From NCBI GenBank assembly GCA_040755095.1, contig JBFMBH010000006.1:1290-65289 (forward strand): DNA of 64,000 bases. The letters run 5' to 3'. Of this stretch, positions 49,326 to 58,766 are shown piece by piece. A program made the translations under genes and the position numbers. Position 1 is the first letter of the stretch. Every line of letters starts with the position of its first letter. Source of the stretch: Thermodesulfobacteriota bacterium. GTDB taxonomy: Bacteria; Desulfobacterota; Desulfobulbia; Desulfobulbales; JBFMBH01. The notes beneath the pieces are model-generated. The model saw only the letters and a program-made list of their open reading frames with translations. It made no database searches and was not told where the DNA came from.

Positions 49326-50660
49326 TCAGCCGTGGGCGCTGCCCTCGCCGCCCAGCATGGTGGCGATGATGGCGACCAGACGGCCGGCACTGAGGCCTGT
49401 CTCGCCGGGCAGGATCGCCGCCGGGGGATAGCGGCGGGCAAGGGTCAGGGCGGCTACCAGGTGCCGCCGGCCGGCCCGGAGGTTCCCCTGTTGGCAGCGC
49501 AGATTGCCCAGGGTGAAATGGGCCAGCAGATGCTCCGGGGCCAGGTAGAGACAACGCTCCAGGGCCTTGATCCCCTCGTGCGCCTGTCCCAGCTCCAGGG
49601 CAATGCCTGCGGCCAGGTAATGGGCCTCGGGATCGAGACGCTCCAGGGCCAGGGCCCGCTGGCACCAAGTGGCGGCGGCCGCAAGCTGCCCCTTCTTGGC
49701 GTGGCAGCGGGCCAGAAGCAGGCAGGCGGCCCGGTCTGCGGCCGGCGGCTCGGCCAGTCCCTCGGCGGCAGCCACCGGCCTCTCCGGTGGCGGTCCCGCT
49801 ACCGGAGAGGCCGGTCCCTGGGGGCGGAAGATCATCGGGCCATGGCCGGCCAGGGTAAAGAGCCCGGAGGCGAGAAAGAAGGGGGCGTCGGTGGGGCCGG
49901 CCACCAGCCAGCCCTCCGGAGCCAGGTTGGCGTGCAGCCTGGCCACCAGGGCTGCCGCCATCTCCGGCTCCCAGTACATGAGAAGATTGCGGCAGAAGAT
50001 CACATCCTGGTCCTGGCGAGCTGCCGCCTCGTCCGGCAGCGGCGCCTTGGCCAGGTTGCAGTGGCGGAAGGTCACCAGCCGCCGGAGACGGGGGACGATC
50101 TCCCAGCGCCCGTTGGCCAGGGGCCGGAAGAAGGTCTGCCGGCTCTCCTCGTCCAGGCCCCGGAAGGACCAGGGGCCATAGACCCCGCGGCTGGCGGTGG
50201 CCAGGGCTGCGGCGTTGATGTCGGTGCCCAGGACAGCCACCTGCCAGCCACCCAGCTCGGCCCGATAGCGATCCAGGACCATGGCCAGGGAATAGGCCTC
50301 CTCGCCGGTGCTGCAGGCGATGCTCCACAGGCGCAGCCGGCGGCGGCTACCCGCACGGGCGGCCAGCCGCTCCGGCAGGATCTTGTCGGTCAGGGTGGCA
50401 AACGACTTGGGCTCTCGGAAGAAGTAGGTCTCGCCCACCGTCAGACAGCCGGTCAGGGCCTCGGCCTCCTCCGGGGTGAGGAGGCCGCTCACGAGGCGGT
50501 GCACCAGCCGGTCGCTGTCGCCCTGCCGCAGGAGGTCAGCGGCCTGCACCAGCTGGCGGTCCAGCTCGTCCCAGCGCTCGGGCCGGAACAGGAGGCCCAG
50601 GCGGCTGGCCAGAATGCGACTCACCGTCGCCAGCTGAGAATCGGTTGCGTGTCGGGGCAT
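49326..50660 (-). CDS. CheR-type methyltransferase with C-terminal TPR repeats
   Basis: LTVGETYFFREPKSFATL, LRLWSIACSTGEEAYSLAMVL, DVIFCRNLLMYW; C-terminal WCQRALALERLDPEAHYLAAGIALELGQAHEGIKALERCLYLAPEHLLAHFTLGNLRCQQGN. Confidence 0.93.
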   Translation of the reverse strand: MPRHATDSQLATVSRILASRLGLLFRPERWDELDRQLVQAADLLRQGDSDRLVHRLVSGLLTPEEAEALTGCLTVGETYFFREPKSFATLTDKILPERLAARAGSRRRLRLWSIACSTGEEAYSLAMVLDRYRAELGGWQVAVLGTDINAAALATASRGVYGPWSFRGLDEESRQTFFRPLANGRWEIVPRLRRLVTFRHCNLAKAPLPDEAAARQDQDVIFCRNLLMYWEPEMAAALVARLHANLAPEGWLVAGPTDAPFFLASGLFTLAGHGPMIFRPQGPASPVAGPPPERPVAAAEGLAEPPAADRAACLLLARCHAKKGQLAAAATWCQRALALERLDPEAHYLAAGIALELGQAHEGIKALERCLYLAPEHLLAHFTLGNLRCQQGNLRAGRRHLVAALTLARRYPPAAILPGETGLSAGRLVAIIATMLGGEGSAHG

Positions 50661-50838
50661 GAGCAGTGCCGAGCCTGGAAGGCCGGCCACAAAGGACTGG
50701 ACGCCGAACGCGGCTCGTTGCTACACTGCGCTTCGCCGGCATCCAGGGCCGGCCACTGCCGGCCCTCGCCGGATTATCGCACAATGCCCCAGCGACAGAC
50801 AAGGCGTCCCCAGCCCTGCCGCTCCCCACCCAGCCGCC

Positions 50839-51141
50839 ATGACCCCGCACCCGGCCACCATCCATCTCGCCCTCCTGACCGTCGAGATCTTCATCCCCCA
50901 CTCCGGCTCCCTGAAGTCGAAGCGAAAGGTCACCTCCAGCCTCAAACGCCGGATCCGCAACGAGTGCAACGCCTCGGTGGCGGAGCTGGGGCTCCTGGAG
51001 GAATGGCAGCGCTCGCTCCTCGGAGTAGCGGTTCTGGGCAACGACCGCCGCCTGGTGGACGAGCAGATGAATCTGGTCCGGGGCCTGTTCGACGAGGAGA
51101 GCGAGATCGAGATCGTGGCCGCCCGCCTGGAGTGGTGCTAG
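50839..51141 (+). CDS. DUF503 family protein
   Basis: LALLTVEIFIPHSGSLKSKRKVTSSLKRRIRNECNASVAELGLLEEWQRSLLGVAVLGND. Confidence 0.9.
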   Translation: MTPHPATIHLALLTVEIFIPHSGSLKSKRKVTSSLKRRIRNECNASVAELGLLEEWQRSLLGVAVLGNDRRLVDEQMNLVRGLFDEESEIEIVAARLEWC

Positions 51142-51143
51142 CC

Positions 51144-51737
51144 GTGAAGGCCTTCTGGCTGGCCTTCGTGCCCCTGTTCGTGGCCGTGGATGCCCTGGGG
51201 GTGCTGCCTTTGTACCTCGGCCTCACCGAGGACCTGGACCAGGCGGCGCGGCGGCGGATCATCAGCCAGTCGGTGGCCACGGCCACCGTGGTGGCCCTGA
51301 CCTTCCTGGTGGCCGGCACCTGGATCCTGCGCCTTCTGGGGCTCACCATCGCCGACTTCATGATCGCCGGCGGCTGCGTGCTGTTCGCCCTCTCCTTGCG
51401 GGATCTCCTCACCGCGGACAAGGCCTTGCGCCAAGTGGACCCGGACAGCCTGGGCGCGGTGCCCATCGGCGTGCCCCTCATCACCGGGCCAGCGGTCCTC
51501 ACCACCTCCCTTTTGGTCATGCACCAGCACGGCTTTGTCATCGCCGCCCTGGCGGTGGTGACCAACATCCTCATCGCCGGCATCACCTTTCTCTTCGCCG
51601 GCGCCATCCACCGGGTCCTGGGCCGAGCCGGCTCCAAGACCCTCTCCAAGATCGCGAGCCTCCTCCTGGCCGCCATCGCGGTCATGATGGTGCGACGGGG
51701 CCTGGTGGCCCTGGTCACCGGCAGCGGCAGCCCGTGA
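51144..51737 (+). CDS. MarC family integral membrane protein
   Basis: FVPLFVAVDALGVLPLYLGLT...GVPLITGPAVLTTSLLVMHQHG; GTG start 51144. Confidence 0.92.
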   Translation: MKAFWLAFVPLFVAVDALGVLPLYLGLTEDLDQAARRRIISQSVATATVVALTFLVAGTWILRLLGLTIADFMIAGGCVLFALSLRDLLTADKALRQVDPDSLGAVPIGVPLITGPAVLTTSLLVMHQHGFVIAALAVVTNILIAGITFLFAGAIHRVLGRAGSKTLSKIASLLLAAIAVMMVRRGLVALVTGSGSP

Positions 51738-51825
51738 TGGACCATCTGGACAACATGGACGCCATGGACCGCCGGGCCGGGTCCATCACGTCCATGCTGT
51801 CCATGACGTCCATACCGTCCACCTA
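51738..51825. repeat. Period-9 tandem repeats in inverted orientation between convergent genes
   Basis: Four TGGACnnnn units (51738-51773), 7-nt GGGCCGG, then five GTCCAnnnn units (51781-51825). Confidence 0.8.
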
Positions 51826-53028
51826 CACCCGGCAGATCAGCCCCTTGAGATAGCTGCCCTCCGGGAAGTGGAGGGTAAAGGGGTGGTCGGCCGGCTGGCC
51901 GAGGCGGGCCAGGACCTGGGGGTCCCGGCCGGCGTCCCGGGCCGCCTCGGCGACGATGGCCTCGAAGATCTCCGGGGAGACATGGCCGGAGCAGGAGAAG
52001 GTGACCAGGAGGCCGTCCGGCCGCAGGAGCTTCATGGCCAGCAGATTGATGTCCTTGTAGCCCCGGCTGGCAGCAGGCACCTGGCTCGCCGATTCAGCGA
52101 ACTTGGGGGGATCGAGGATGATGCAGTCAAAGAAGCGGCCCATGTCCCGGAAGCGGCGCAGGGCGACAAAGACATCCGCCTCCAGGCTCTCCAGCCGCTC
52201 GGCAGCAAAGCCGTTGTCCCGGGCATGGACGGCGGCCTGGGCCAAGGCAGCGGCCGAGGTCTCCAGGTTGGTGACCCGAGTGGCGCCGCCGGCCAGGGCA
52301 CTGATGCCGAAAGCGCCGGTGTAGGCGAAGGCGTTGAGCACCTCCCGGCCCGCCGCCAGGGCCGTCACCCGCGCCCGGTTGTCCCGCTGGTCGAGATAGA
52401 AGCCGGTCTTGTGGCCGGAGCGCACATCCACCTGGAAGCGGCAGGGGCCCTCGACGATGGGGATCCAAGCTGGCGGCTCCTCGCCGGCCAGGAGCCCCAC
52501 CCGGGGCGCCAACCCCTCCTTGGCCCGCACCCCGGCGTCGGAGCGCTCGAAGATCCCGGCCACCGGCACCAGCGCCCCCAGGGTGTCGACGATGGTCGCC
52601 CGCCACGCCTCGGGGCCGGCCGCCAGCAGCTGGCAGACCAGAAAATCGCCATAGCGGTCCACCACCAGGCCGGGCAGGCCATCGCCTTCCCCGTTGACCA
52701 GCCGATACGCCGTCGCGTCGTCCCGGCTGGCCAGATCCTGCCGGCGCGCCAGGCAGCGCGCCAGACGTCGCTGCCAGAAGGCGTCGTCGATGGCCTCCAC
52801 CGGGTCCAGGCTCCACAGCCGCACCAGGATCTGGGAAAGGGGGGAATAGGCCCCCCGGCCCAGGAGCCGGCCGTCTGCGGCCACCACCTTCACGGTGGCG
52901 CCGGCGGCGGGCTCCCCGTCCACCCGCGCCACAGCGCCGGAGAAGATCCAGGGATGGCGGCGCCGGACGCTCTTGTCCCGGCCTGGCTTCAGAACCACCT
53001 GTGCCATGCGGCTTGCTCCTGTACGCAA
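51823..53028 (-). CDS. Class I SAM-dependent rRNA methyltransferase (PUA-containing, RlmI-like)
   Basis: VVLKPGRDKSVRRRHPWIFSGAVARVDG; DVRSGHKTGFYLDQRDNRARV; VLNAFAYTGAFGISALAGGA; DCIILDPPKFAES. Confidence 0.93.
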   Translation of the reverse strand: MRTGASRMAQVVLKPGRDKSVRRRHPWIFSGAVARVDGEPAAGATVKVVAADGRLLGRGAYSPLSQILVRLWSLDPVEAIDDAFWQRRLARCLARRQDLASRDDATAYRLVNGEGDGLPGLVVDRYGDFLVCQLLAAGPEAWRATIVDTLGALVPVAGIFERSDAGVRAKEGLAPRVGLLAGEEPPAWIPIVEGPCRFQVDVRSGHKTGFYLDQRDNRARVTALAAGREVLNAFAYTGAFGISALAGGATRVTNLETSAAALAQAAVHARDNGFAAERLESLEADVFVALRRFRDMGRFFDCIILDPPKFAESASQVPAASRGYKDINLLAMKLLRPDGLLVTFSCSGHVSPEIFEAIVAEAARDAGRDPQVLARLGQPADHPFTLHFPEGSYLKGLICRV

Positions 53029-53034
53029 CGGATT

Positions 53035-53601
53035 CTAGCCCTGGCTGCCGCCAGGATCCGTGGTGCCCGGTCTGGAGGCGGCTCCGGCCGGGGGATGGGC
53101 GGCTCCCCGCCGGCGCCACAGCAGGGTGAGCAGAAGCAGGACCAGGGCGCCGGCGATGAGCCAGGCGTCCAGGCGACCGGAGGCGGCCAGGGCGCGGCTG
53201 ATCTGGGGCCAGCCCCGGCGGCCGGTCGCCCAGTAGACCTCCAGGGGCCAGAAGAAGGAGATCGGGATGCCGCTCCACAAAACGTCGGCGGCCAGATGGG
53301 AAAGGACCACCGCCACCGCTGCCACCGGATCGAGACTCGCCCTCCCGCTGGCCCGGCGCCACAGCCACGCCGTCCCCAGACCCAGGACCAGGGCAAAGAG
53401 CAGGGAGTGGGTGGGCCCCCGGTGGAAGGCCAGGGCGTTGTCCCGCAGCACCAGCCCAGCCAGGATGTCCACATCCGGCAGGTTGGCCAGGACCGCCACG
53501 GCGCCGGCAACAGCCCAGGACCAGGGCCGGCGCCGGAGCAGGCTTGCCAGCCGATAGGCCAGAAGGCCCACGGCCGCATGTCCGAGGGGCATGGGCATGG
53601 G
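53035..53601 (-). CDS. Membrane-bound metal-dependent hydrolase-like protein (YdjM type)
   Basis: MPLGHAAVGLLAYRL...LANLPDVDILAGLVLRDNALAFHRGPTHSLLFALVLG...VVLSHLAADVL. Confidence 0.85.
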   Translation of the reverse strand, partial: PMPMPLGHAAVGLLAYRLASLLRRRPWSWAVAGAVAVLANLPDVDILAGLVLRDNALAFHRGPTHSLLFALVLGLGTAWLWRRASGRASLDPVAAVAVVLSHLAADVLWSGIPISFFWPLEVYWATGRRGWPQISRALAASGRLDAWLIAGALVLLLLTLLWRRRGAAHPPAGAASRPGTTDPGGSQG

Positions 53602-53693
53602 CGTCGCGTCATCCGGATGGTGGGGGGAATCCTTCCGGCATTGTACACTCTCTCCTGGCCGGCACCAAACCCTATCCCCGGCCACCCTTGACC

Positions 53694-56285
53694 ATGGACC
53701 GTTTTGCGCCCGCCCTGCCCCCGGCTCTCCCTATCCTGCCCCTGCTGCCGGAGCTGACCGTCACCCTGGCTGACTATCAGTCCGCCGTGCTGGCGGCGCC
53801 GCCGGGTGCCGGCAAGACCACCGCCGTGCCCCTGGCCCTGCTCGCCGCCCCCTGGTTGGCGGGCCGGAAGATCCTGCTCCTGGAGCCGCGTCGTCTGGCC
53901 GCCCGCGCTGCCGCGGCCCGCATGGCCGAGCTGCTGACTGAGCCGGTGGGTGCCACGGTGGGCTTTTGCATCCGCTTTGAAACAAAGGTGTCTGCGGGCA
54001 CGCGCATCGAGGTCCTGACCGAAGGGGTGCTCACCCGCCGCCTGCAAAGCGATCCGGAGCTGGCCGGCGTGGGCCTGGTGATCTTCGATGAATTCCACGA
54101 GCGCTCTCTGGAGGCCGATCTCGGCCTTGCCCTCTGTCTGGATGTTCAGGAGGTCTTGCGGCCAGACTTGCGCCTGCTGGTCATGTCCGCCACCCTGGAT
54201 ACGGCGGCGGTGGCCGGCCTTCTGGGCGGGGCCCCGGTCCTCGCCGCCCAGGGTCGGGCCTTTCCGGTGACGATCCAGCATCTGCCCGAGGGGGTGGCCC
54301 TGGCCTTGCCGGAGCGTCGCCAGGACCTGGCCCGCCAGACCGCGGCCGGAATCCGGCAGCTCCTGGCCGAGACCACCGGTGATCTTCTGGCCTTTCTTCC
54401 CGGCGGCGGCGAGATCCGGGCCACCATGGCCGAGCTGGCCGCACGGCCCCAGGAAGGCCTCCTCACCGCCCCCCTCTACGGCGATCTGCCCCGGATCGAT
54501 CAGGAGCGGGCCCTCATGCCTGACCCTGGTGGCCGGCGGCGGGTGGTCCTGGCCTCGGCCATTGCCGAGACCAGCCTGACCATCGAGGGCGTGGAGGGGG
54601 TGGTGGACTGCGGCTGGACCAGGGCGCCCCGCTTCGATGCCAACCGCGGCCTCGGCCGCCTGGTGACGGTGCGGGTCTCCCAGGCCGAGGCCAGCCAGCG
54701 GGCCGGCCGGGCGGGCCGCCTGGGGCCGGGCCGCTGCCTGCGCCTCTGGCCCGCCTCCCTCACCCCCAGCCTGCGGCCGGACCGGCTGCCGGAGATGCTG
54801 GCCAGCGATCTGGCCGGCCTGGCCCTGGAGCTGGCGGCTTGGGGGGTTCATGACCCTTCGGCCCTGCGCTGGCTGGATCCGCCACCGGCCGCGGCCTGGG
54901 AGCAGGGCCGGGCGCTCCTCGCCGAGCTGGGTGCCCTGGATGCTGCGGGCCAGCTCACGGCGCGCGGCCGCGCCATGGCCCGGCTGCCGGCCGAGCCCCG
55001 GCTGGCCAGCCTGCTCCTGGCTGCGGCCCAGTGGGGTGTCCCTGCCCTGGGCTGCGACCTGGCGGCCATCTTATCCGAGCGGGATCTGCTGCTGCCCACC
55101 GCCCAACCCCGGCCCTGCGACCTGGAGCTGCGGCTGCAGGCCCTGGCGGCCTTCCGCCAACAAGGCGGTGCCGCGGCCCGCTCCCGGGGCGCCGACCCGG
55201 AGGCCTGCCGCCGGGTCACCCAGGCCAGCCGCGCCTGGGAGCGGCTGTTGCCGGCAAGGCAGGGCGAATCCGACCGGTCAGACGCGTCCGACCCGTCCGA
55301 CAAGGCGTCCCGCCCTGGTGCCCTTCTCGCTGCTGCCTTCCCGGACCGGGTGGCCAGGCTGCGGCCCGGCCGGCGGCACCACTTCACCCTGGCCGCCGGC
55401 CGCGGGGCGGTCCTGCCGCCCCATGATCCGCTGGCTGGCCACGAATTCCTGGTGGTGCCGGCTCTGGATGCTGGCCGCAGCGAGGGCCGCATCTTCCTGG
55501 CGGCCGAGGTCCACGCCGGCGAGCTGCGGTCTGTGCTGGAAGAACGGATTGAGGTCGCCGAGGAGGTGCGCTGGGACGACGGCCTGGCCGCGGCGGTCGG
55601 CCGGCGGGAGGAGCGGCTGGGCGCCGTCGTGCTCGCCAGCCTCCCCCTGGCAAGGCCGGAGCCCGCGGCCCTGGCCGCCTGCCTCCTGGCCCAGCTGACC
55701 CGGCTGGGACCGGGCGCCCTGCCCTTCAGCCCGGCGGCCCGGGAGCTCCAGGCCCGGGTGCTGTCGCTCCGGGCCTGGCGGCCGGCCGAAGGCTGGCCGG
55801 ATCTGAGCGACCAGGCCCTGGGCCAGGAGCTGGCCGGCTGGCTGGGACCGGCCCTTGCGGGCCTGGCCTCCCTGGCCGACCTTGCCCGCCTGGATCTGGC
55901 GGCCCTTCTCGCCGGCCGCCTGACCTGGGAAGAGCGCCAGCGCCTTGTGACCGGTGCCCCCACCCATCTGACGGTGCCCAGCGGCAGCCGCCGGCGCCTT
56001 GCCTACCAGCCCGGCGGGCCGCCGGTTCTGGCCGTCCGCCTCCAGGAGCTGTTCGGGCTCGCCGCCACCCCCACGGTCTGCTGGGGCCAGGTGCCGGTGA
56101 TGCTCCACCTCCTCTCCCCGGCCGGCCGGCCCATCCAGGTCACCCAGGACCTGGCCGGCTTCTGGGCCCGCACCTACCCGGAGGTGCGCCGGGAGCTCCG
56201 GGGCCGCTACCCCCGCCATCCCTGGCCCGAGGATCCCTGGCGCGCGCCGCCCACCAGCCGCGCCCAGCCCCGGCCGCGCCGGTAG
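53694..56285 (+). CDS. hrpB: ATP-dependent helicase HrpB
   Basis: AAPPGAGKTTAVPLALL; VIFDEFHERSLEADL; ILVMSATLD-like LLVMSATLDTAAVAGLL; RVSQAEASQRAGRAGRLGPGRCLRLW. Confidence 0.95.
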   Translation: MDRFAPALPPALPILPLLPELTVTLADYQSAVLAAPPGAGKTTAVPLALLAAPWLAGRKILLLEPRRLAARAAAARMAELLTEPVGATVGFCIRFETKVSAGTRIEVLTEGVLTRRLQSDPELAGVGLVIFDEFHERSLEADLGLALCLDVQEVLRPDLRLLVMSATLDTAAVAGLLGGAPVLAAQGRAFPVTIQHLPEGVALALPERRQDLARQTAAGIRQLLAETTGDLLAFLPGGGEIRATMAELAARPQEGLLTAPLYGDLPRIDQERALMPDPGGRRRVVLASAIAETSLTIEGVEGVVDCGWTRAPRFDANRGLGRLVTVRVSQAEASQRAGRAGRLGPGRCLRLWPASLTPSLRPDRLPEMLASDLAGLALELAAWGVHDPSALRWLDPPPAAAWEQGRALLAELGALDAAGQLTARGRAMARLPAEPRLASLLLAAAQWGVPALGCDLAAILSERDLLLPTAQPRPCDLELRLQALAAFRQQGGAAARSRGADPEACRRVTQASRAWERLLPARQGESDRSDASDPSDKASRPGALLAAAFPDRVARLRPGRRHHFTLAAGRGAVLPPHDPLAGHEFLVVPALDAGRSEGRIFLAAEVHAGELRSVLEERIEVAEEVRWDDGLAAAVGRREERLGAVVLASLPLARPEPAALAACLLAQLTRLGPGALPFSPAARELQARVLSLRAWRPAEGWPDLSDQALGQELAGWLGPALAGLASLADLARLDLAALLAGRLTWEERQRLVTGAPTHLTVPSGSRRRLAYQPGGPPVLAVRLQELFGLAATPTVCWGQVPVMLHLLSPAGRPIQVTQDLAGFWARTYPEVRRELRGRYPRHPWPEDPWRAPPTSRAQPRPRR
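55268..55303 (+). repeat. In-frame period-9 repeat within hrpB encoding (SDx)4
   Basis: ATCCGACCG GTCAGACGC GTCCGACCC GTCCGACAA; encodes SDRSDASDPSDK. Confidence 0.75.
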
Positions 56286-56296
56286 CCCGCCCCGCC

Positions 56297-58543
56297 CTAT
56301 CGGGGGAATACCCGGCCTTCCGTGAGCACAATGCCCTGGCTGAGGTCGCCCACCCGGATGACGAATTCCCCGGCCTCGGCCCGCCAGTGCAGCTCGCGGT
56401 CCACCAAGGCCAGATCCCGGGGGGAGAGGGTGAGGGTCAGACGCCGGCTCTCGCCAGGCGCGAGCCGGATCTTCCGGAAGGCCTTGAGCCGCTTCACCGC
56501 GGGCGCGACGCTGGCCACCAGGTCGCTGGCATAGACCTGCACCACCTCGAAGCCGGGCCGCCGGCCGGTATTGAGCACCTCCACCGCGACGGTCAAGGTG
56601 CCGTCCGGGCCCAGCTGCCGGGGCGAGACCTCCAGATGCCGGTAGGCAAAGGTGGTGTGGGCCAGGCCGGCGCCAAAGGGGTACAGGCAGTCGAAGGCAT
56701 AATCCTCCGAGATCCGGTGGTCGTAGGTGGCGAGCCCATTGGGCCCCCGGGGATAGGTGAAGGGCAGCCGGCCCGCGGGCTCGGCATCGCCGAACAGCAC
56801 CTCGGCCACTGCCCGGCCGCCCTCGTTGCCGGGCAGATACGCCTGGAGCACCGCCGCCATGGCGGGCTCGATGGCGGTGATGATCCGGGGCCGCCCCTGG
56901 GCCAGAACCAGCACCGTGGGCTTGCCCAGGGCAGCCAGCATCCTGGCCAGCTCCAGCTGCGCCGCCGGCAGGGTGAGATCGTCGATGTTGCCGAAGTTCT
57001 CGGCATAGGCCGGCTCGCCCAGGCAGAGGATGATGGCGTCCACCCCGTCCGCCGCGGCCGCCACCGCCTCCGGGTCCACGGCCCCGTCTTCCCGCCAGGG
57101 CAGATGCCGTGCCCGCTCGCCGCCCACCTGGGCGCGGATGGCATCGAGGATGGTCACCCCGTCCGGCAGATAGCGATCGGTCTCCGCCCCCTGCCAGGTG
57201 TAGCTCCAGCCGCCGTTCAGGGGCGCCATGGCGTCCGCCGCCGGACCGGCCACCAGGAGCCGGCCGCTCTTGGCCAGGGGCAGGACCCCGCCCTGGTTCT
57301 TCAGAAGGGTCAGGGAGGCGACCGCTGCCTCCAGGGCGACCTGGCGATGGGCCGGGGAGGCATAGGCCGGGTACTGCTCGGCCGGATGGATCGGGGTCGC
57401 GAACAGGCCCAGACGGGCCTTGAAGGCAAGGATGCGGCGGACGGCATCGTCGATTCTGGCCTCGGCCACCCGCCCCTCCCGCACCAGGGTGACCAGCTCC
57501 TGGGCGTGCTCGACATCGAACGGCACCATGGCCAGATCGACCCCGGCAGCGGTCGCCAGGGCGATGGCCTCCTTGCGGCTCGCAGCCGCCCGGTGGTGGG
57601 CGTAGATGTTCTCCACCGAGCCCCAGTCCGACACCGCCACGCCGGCAAAGCCCAGCTCGTCCTTCAAAAGGCCCTGCACCAGCCCCGGATCGGCATGGAC
57701 CGGCAGGCCGTCGATATCCGCCAGGCTCAGGACCACGGCTTGCGCTCCGGCGGCCATCCCCTGGACAAAGGGCGGCAGGAACAGCTCCTGCAAGGCCCGC
57801 CGGCTGACGCTCACCGTGGTGCGGTCCTTGCCGGAGACCGGGATGGTGTAGCCCAGGAAATGCTTGAGGGTCGCCCCCACCCGGTGGGGCTGGGCCGGGT
57901 CCTGGCCCTGGAGACCCCGCACAAAGGCGGCGGTCAGCTCGCCGGCCAGGAAGGTATCCTCGCCAAAGGTCTCGAAGAACCGGGAGTGCACCGGGCTTCT
58001 GCCCGGCTCGGCAGTGGGGGCGAACACCCAGGGGATGCCCTGGGCCCGGGTCTCGTAGGCGCTGATCCGGGCCACCCGCTCCACCAGCTCCGGATCCCAG
58101 GTGGCCGCCAGGCCGATCTGCTGGGGAAACGAGGTGGCCTCCTGGGCGTAGGTCATGCCGTGCACGGCATCGATGCCATAGAGCACCGGGATCCCCAGTC
58201 GGGTGCCCCTGGCCAGCTCCTGGATCTCGGCGATCATCTGCCGCCAGTGCTCCCGGGGGAAGGCATGGTGGCCGATGTTGAAGAGGGCGCCCACGTGGTG
58301 CTCGACAATGGCCCGCTGCAGCCGCTCCGGATCCAGCTCGTGGGGCTCCGCCGGGCTGAAGGGCAGCTGCCCCTTGGATACGGCGTTCAGGGTCAGCATG
58401 GTCATCTGCCCCACCTTCTCCGGGAGGGTCATAGCCGCCAGCAGGGCCTCGATATCCGGGCCCGGGCCGGCGGCGGCGCTGGCCGGGCCGGCAAGGGTGA
58501 GGGCCAGGATCAAAACGACAGGGAAAGTCTCCTTCGTGCGCAT
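56297..58543 (-). CDS. Beta-glucosidase, glycoside hydrolase family 3 (BglX-like), secreted
   Basis: Signal peptide MRTKETFPVVLILALTLAGPASAA; TRLGIPVLYGIDAVHGMTYAQEATSFPQQIGLAATWDPELVERV; AGVAVSDWGSVENIYAH; fibronectin III-like C-terminus. Confidence 0.95.
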   Translation of the reverse strand: MRTKETFPVVLILALTLAGPASAAAGPGPDIEALLAAMTLPEKVGQMTMLTLNAVSKGQLPFSPAEPHELDPERLQRAIVEHHVGALFNIGHHAFPREHWRQMIAEIQELARGTRLGIPVLYGIDAVHGMTYAQEATSFPQQIGLAATWDPELVERVARISAYETRAQGIPWVFAPTAEPGRSPVHSRFFETFGEDTFLAGELTAAFVRGLQGQDPAQPHRVGATLKHFLGYTIPVSGKDRTTVSVSRRALQELFLPPFVQGMAAGAQAVVLSLADIDGLPVHADPGLVQGLLKDELGFAGVAVSDWGSVENIYAHHRAAASRKEAIALATAAGVDLAMVPFDVEHAQELVTLVREGRVAEARIDDAVRRILAFKARLGLFATPIHPAEQYPAYASPAHRQVALEAAVASLTLLKNQGGVLPLAKSGRLLVAGPAADAMAPLNGGWSYTWQGAETDRYLPDGVTILDAIRAQVGGERARHLPWREDGAVDPEAVAAAADGVDAIILCLGEPAYAENFGNIDDLTLPAAQLELARMLAALGKPTVLVLAQGRPRIITAIEPAMAAVLQAYLPGNEGGRAVAEVLFGDAEPAGRLPFTYPRGPNGLATYDHRISEDYAFDCLYPFGAGLAHTTFAYRHLEVSPRQLGPDGTLTVAVEVLNTGRRPGFEVVQVYASDLVASVAPAVKRLKAFRKIRLAPGESRRLTLTLSPRDLALVDRELHWRAEAGEFVIRVGDLSQGIVLTEGRVFPR

Positions 58544-58733
58544 AGCTCCCTCCTCATGTTTATGGGGAGAGCATCTCTTAACGAGCAAAGGAAGCGACTG
58601 TCAAGCCTGACGATGGCACATTACCGCCTGGATGGTAGACCGTTCCACCGTGGGAAGGTCAAGATGATCTCCATCGCCAGCCATACCAAACCCAGCACTG
58701 ACCACGTTGTTCTTCTCCCAGAGATCTGACTTT

Positions 58734-58756
58734 GTCATTGACAACCAATCAATGAC
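58734..58756. repeat. Perfect 8-bp inverted repeat upstream of the large kinase gene, candidate operator
   Basis: GTCATTGA-CAACCAA-TCAATGAC. Confidence 0.6.
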
Positions 58757-58766
58757 TCTATTATGA
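58738..58766 (+). promoter_or_regulatory. Candidate sigma70 promoter for the kinase/receiver operon
   Basis: TTGACA (58738-58743), 17-nt spacer, TTATGA (58761-58766); TATTAT at 58759-58764 is an alternative -10 with 15-nt spacing. Confidence 0.5.

Noticed and set aside
46950-51737. 1595-aa plus-strand ORF
   Set aside because: Frame artefact running antisense to hemE, the radical SAM gene and the CheR gene, then reading in frame into marC; only the last 198 codons (MarC) are real.
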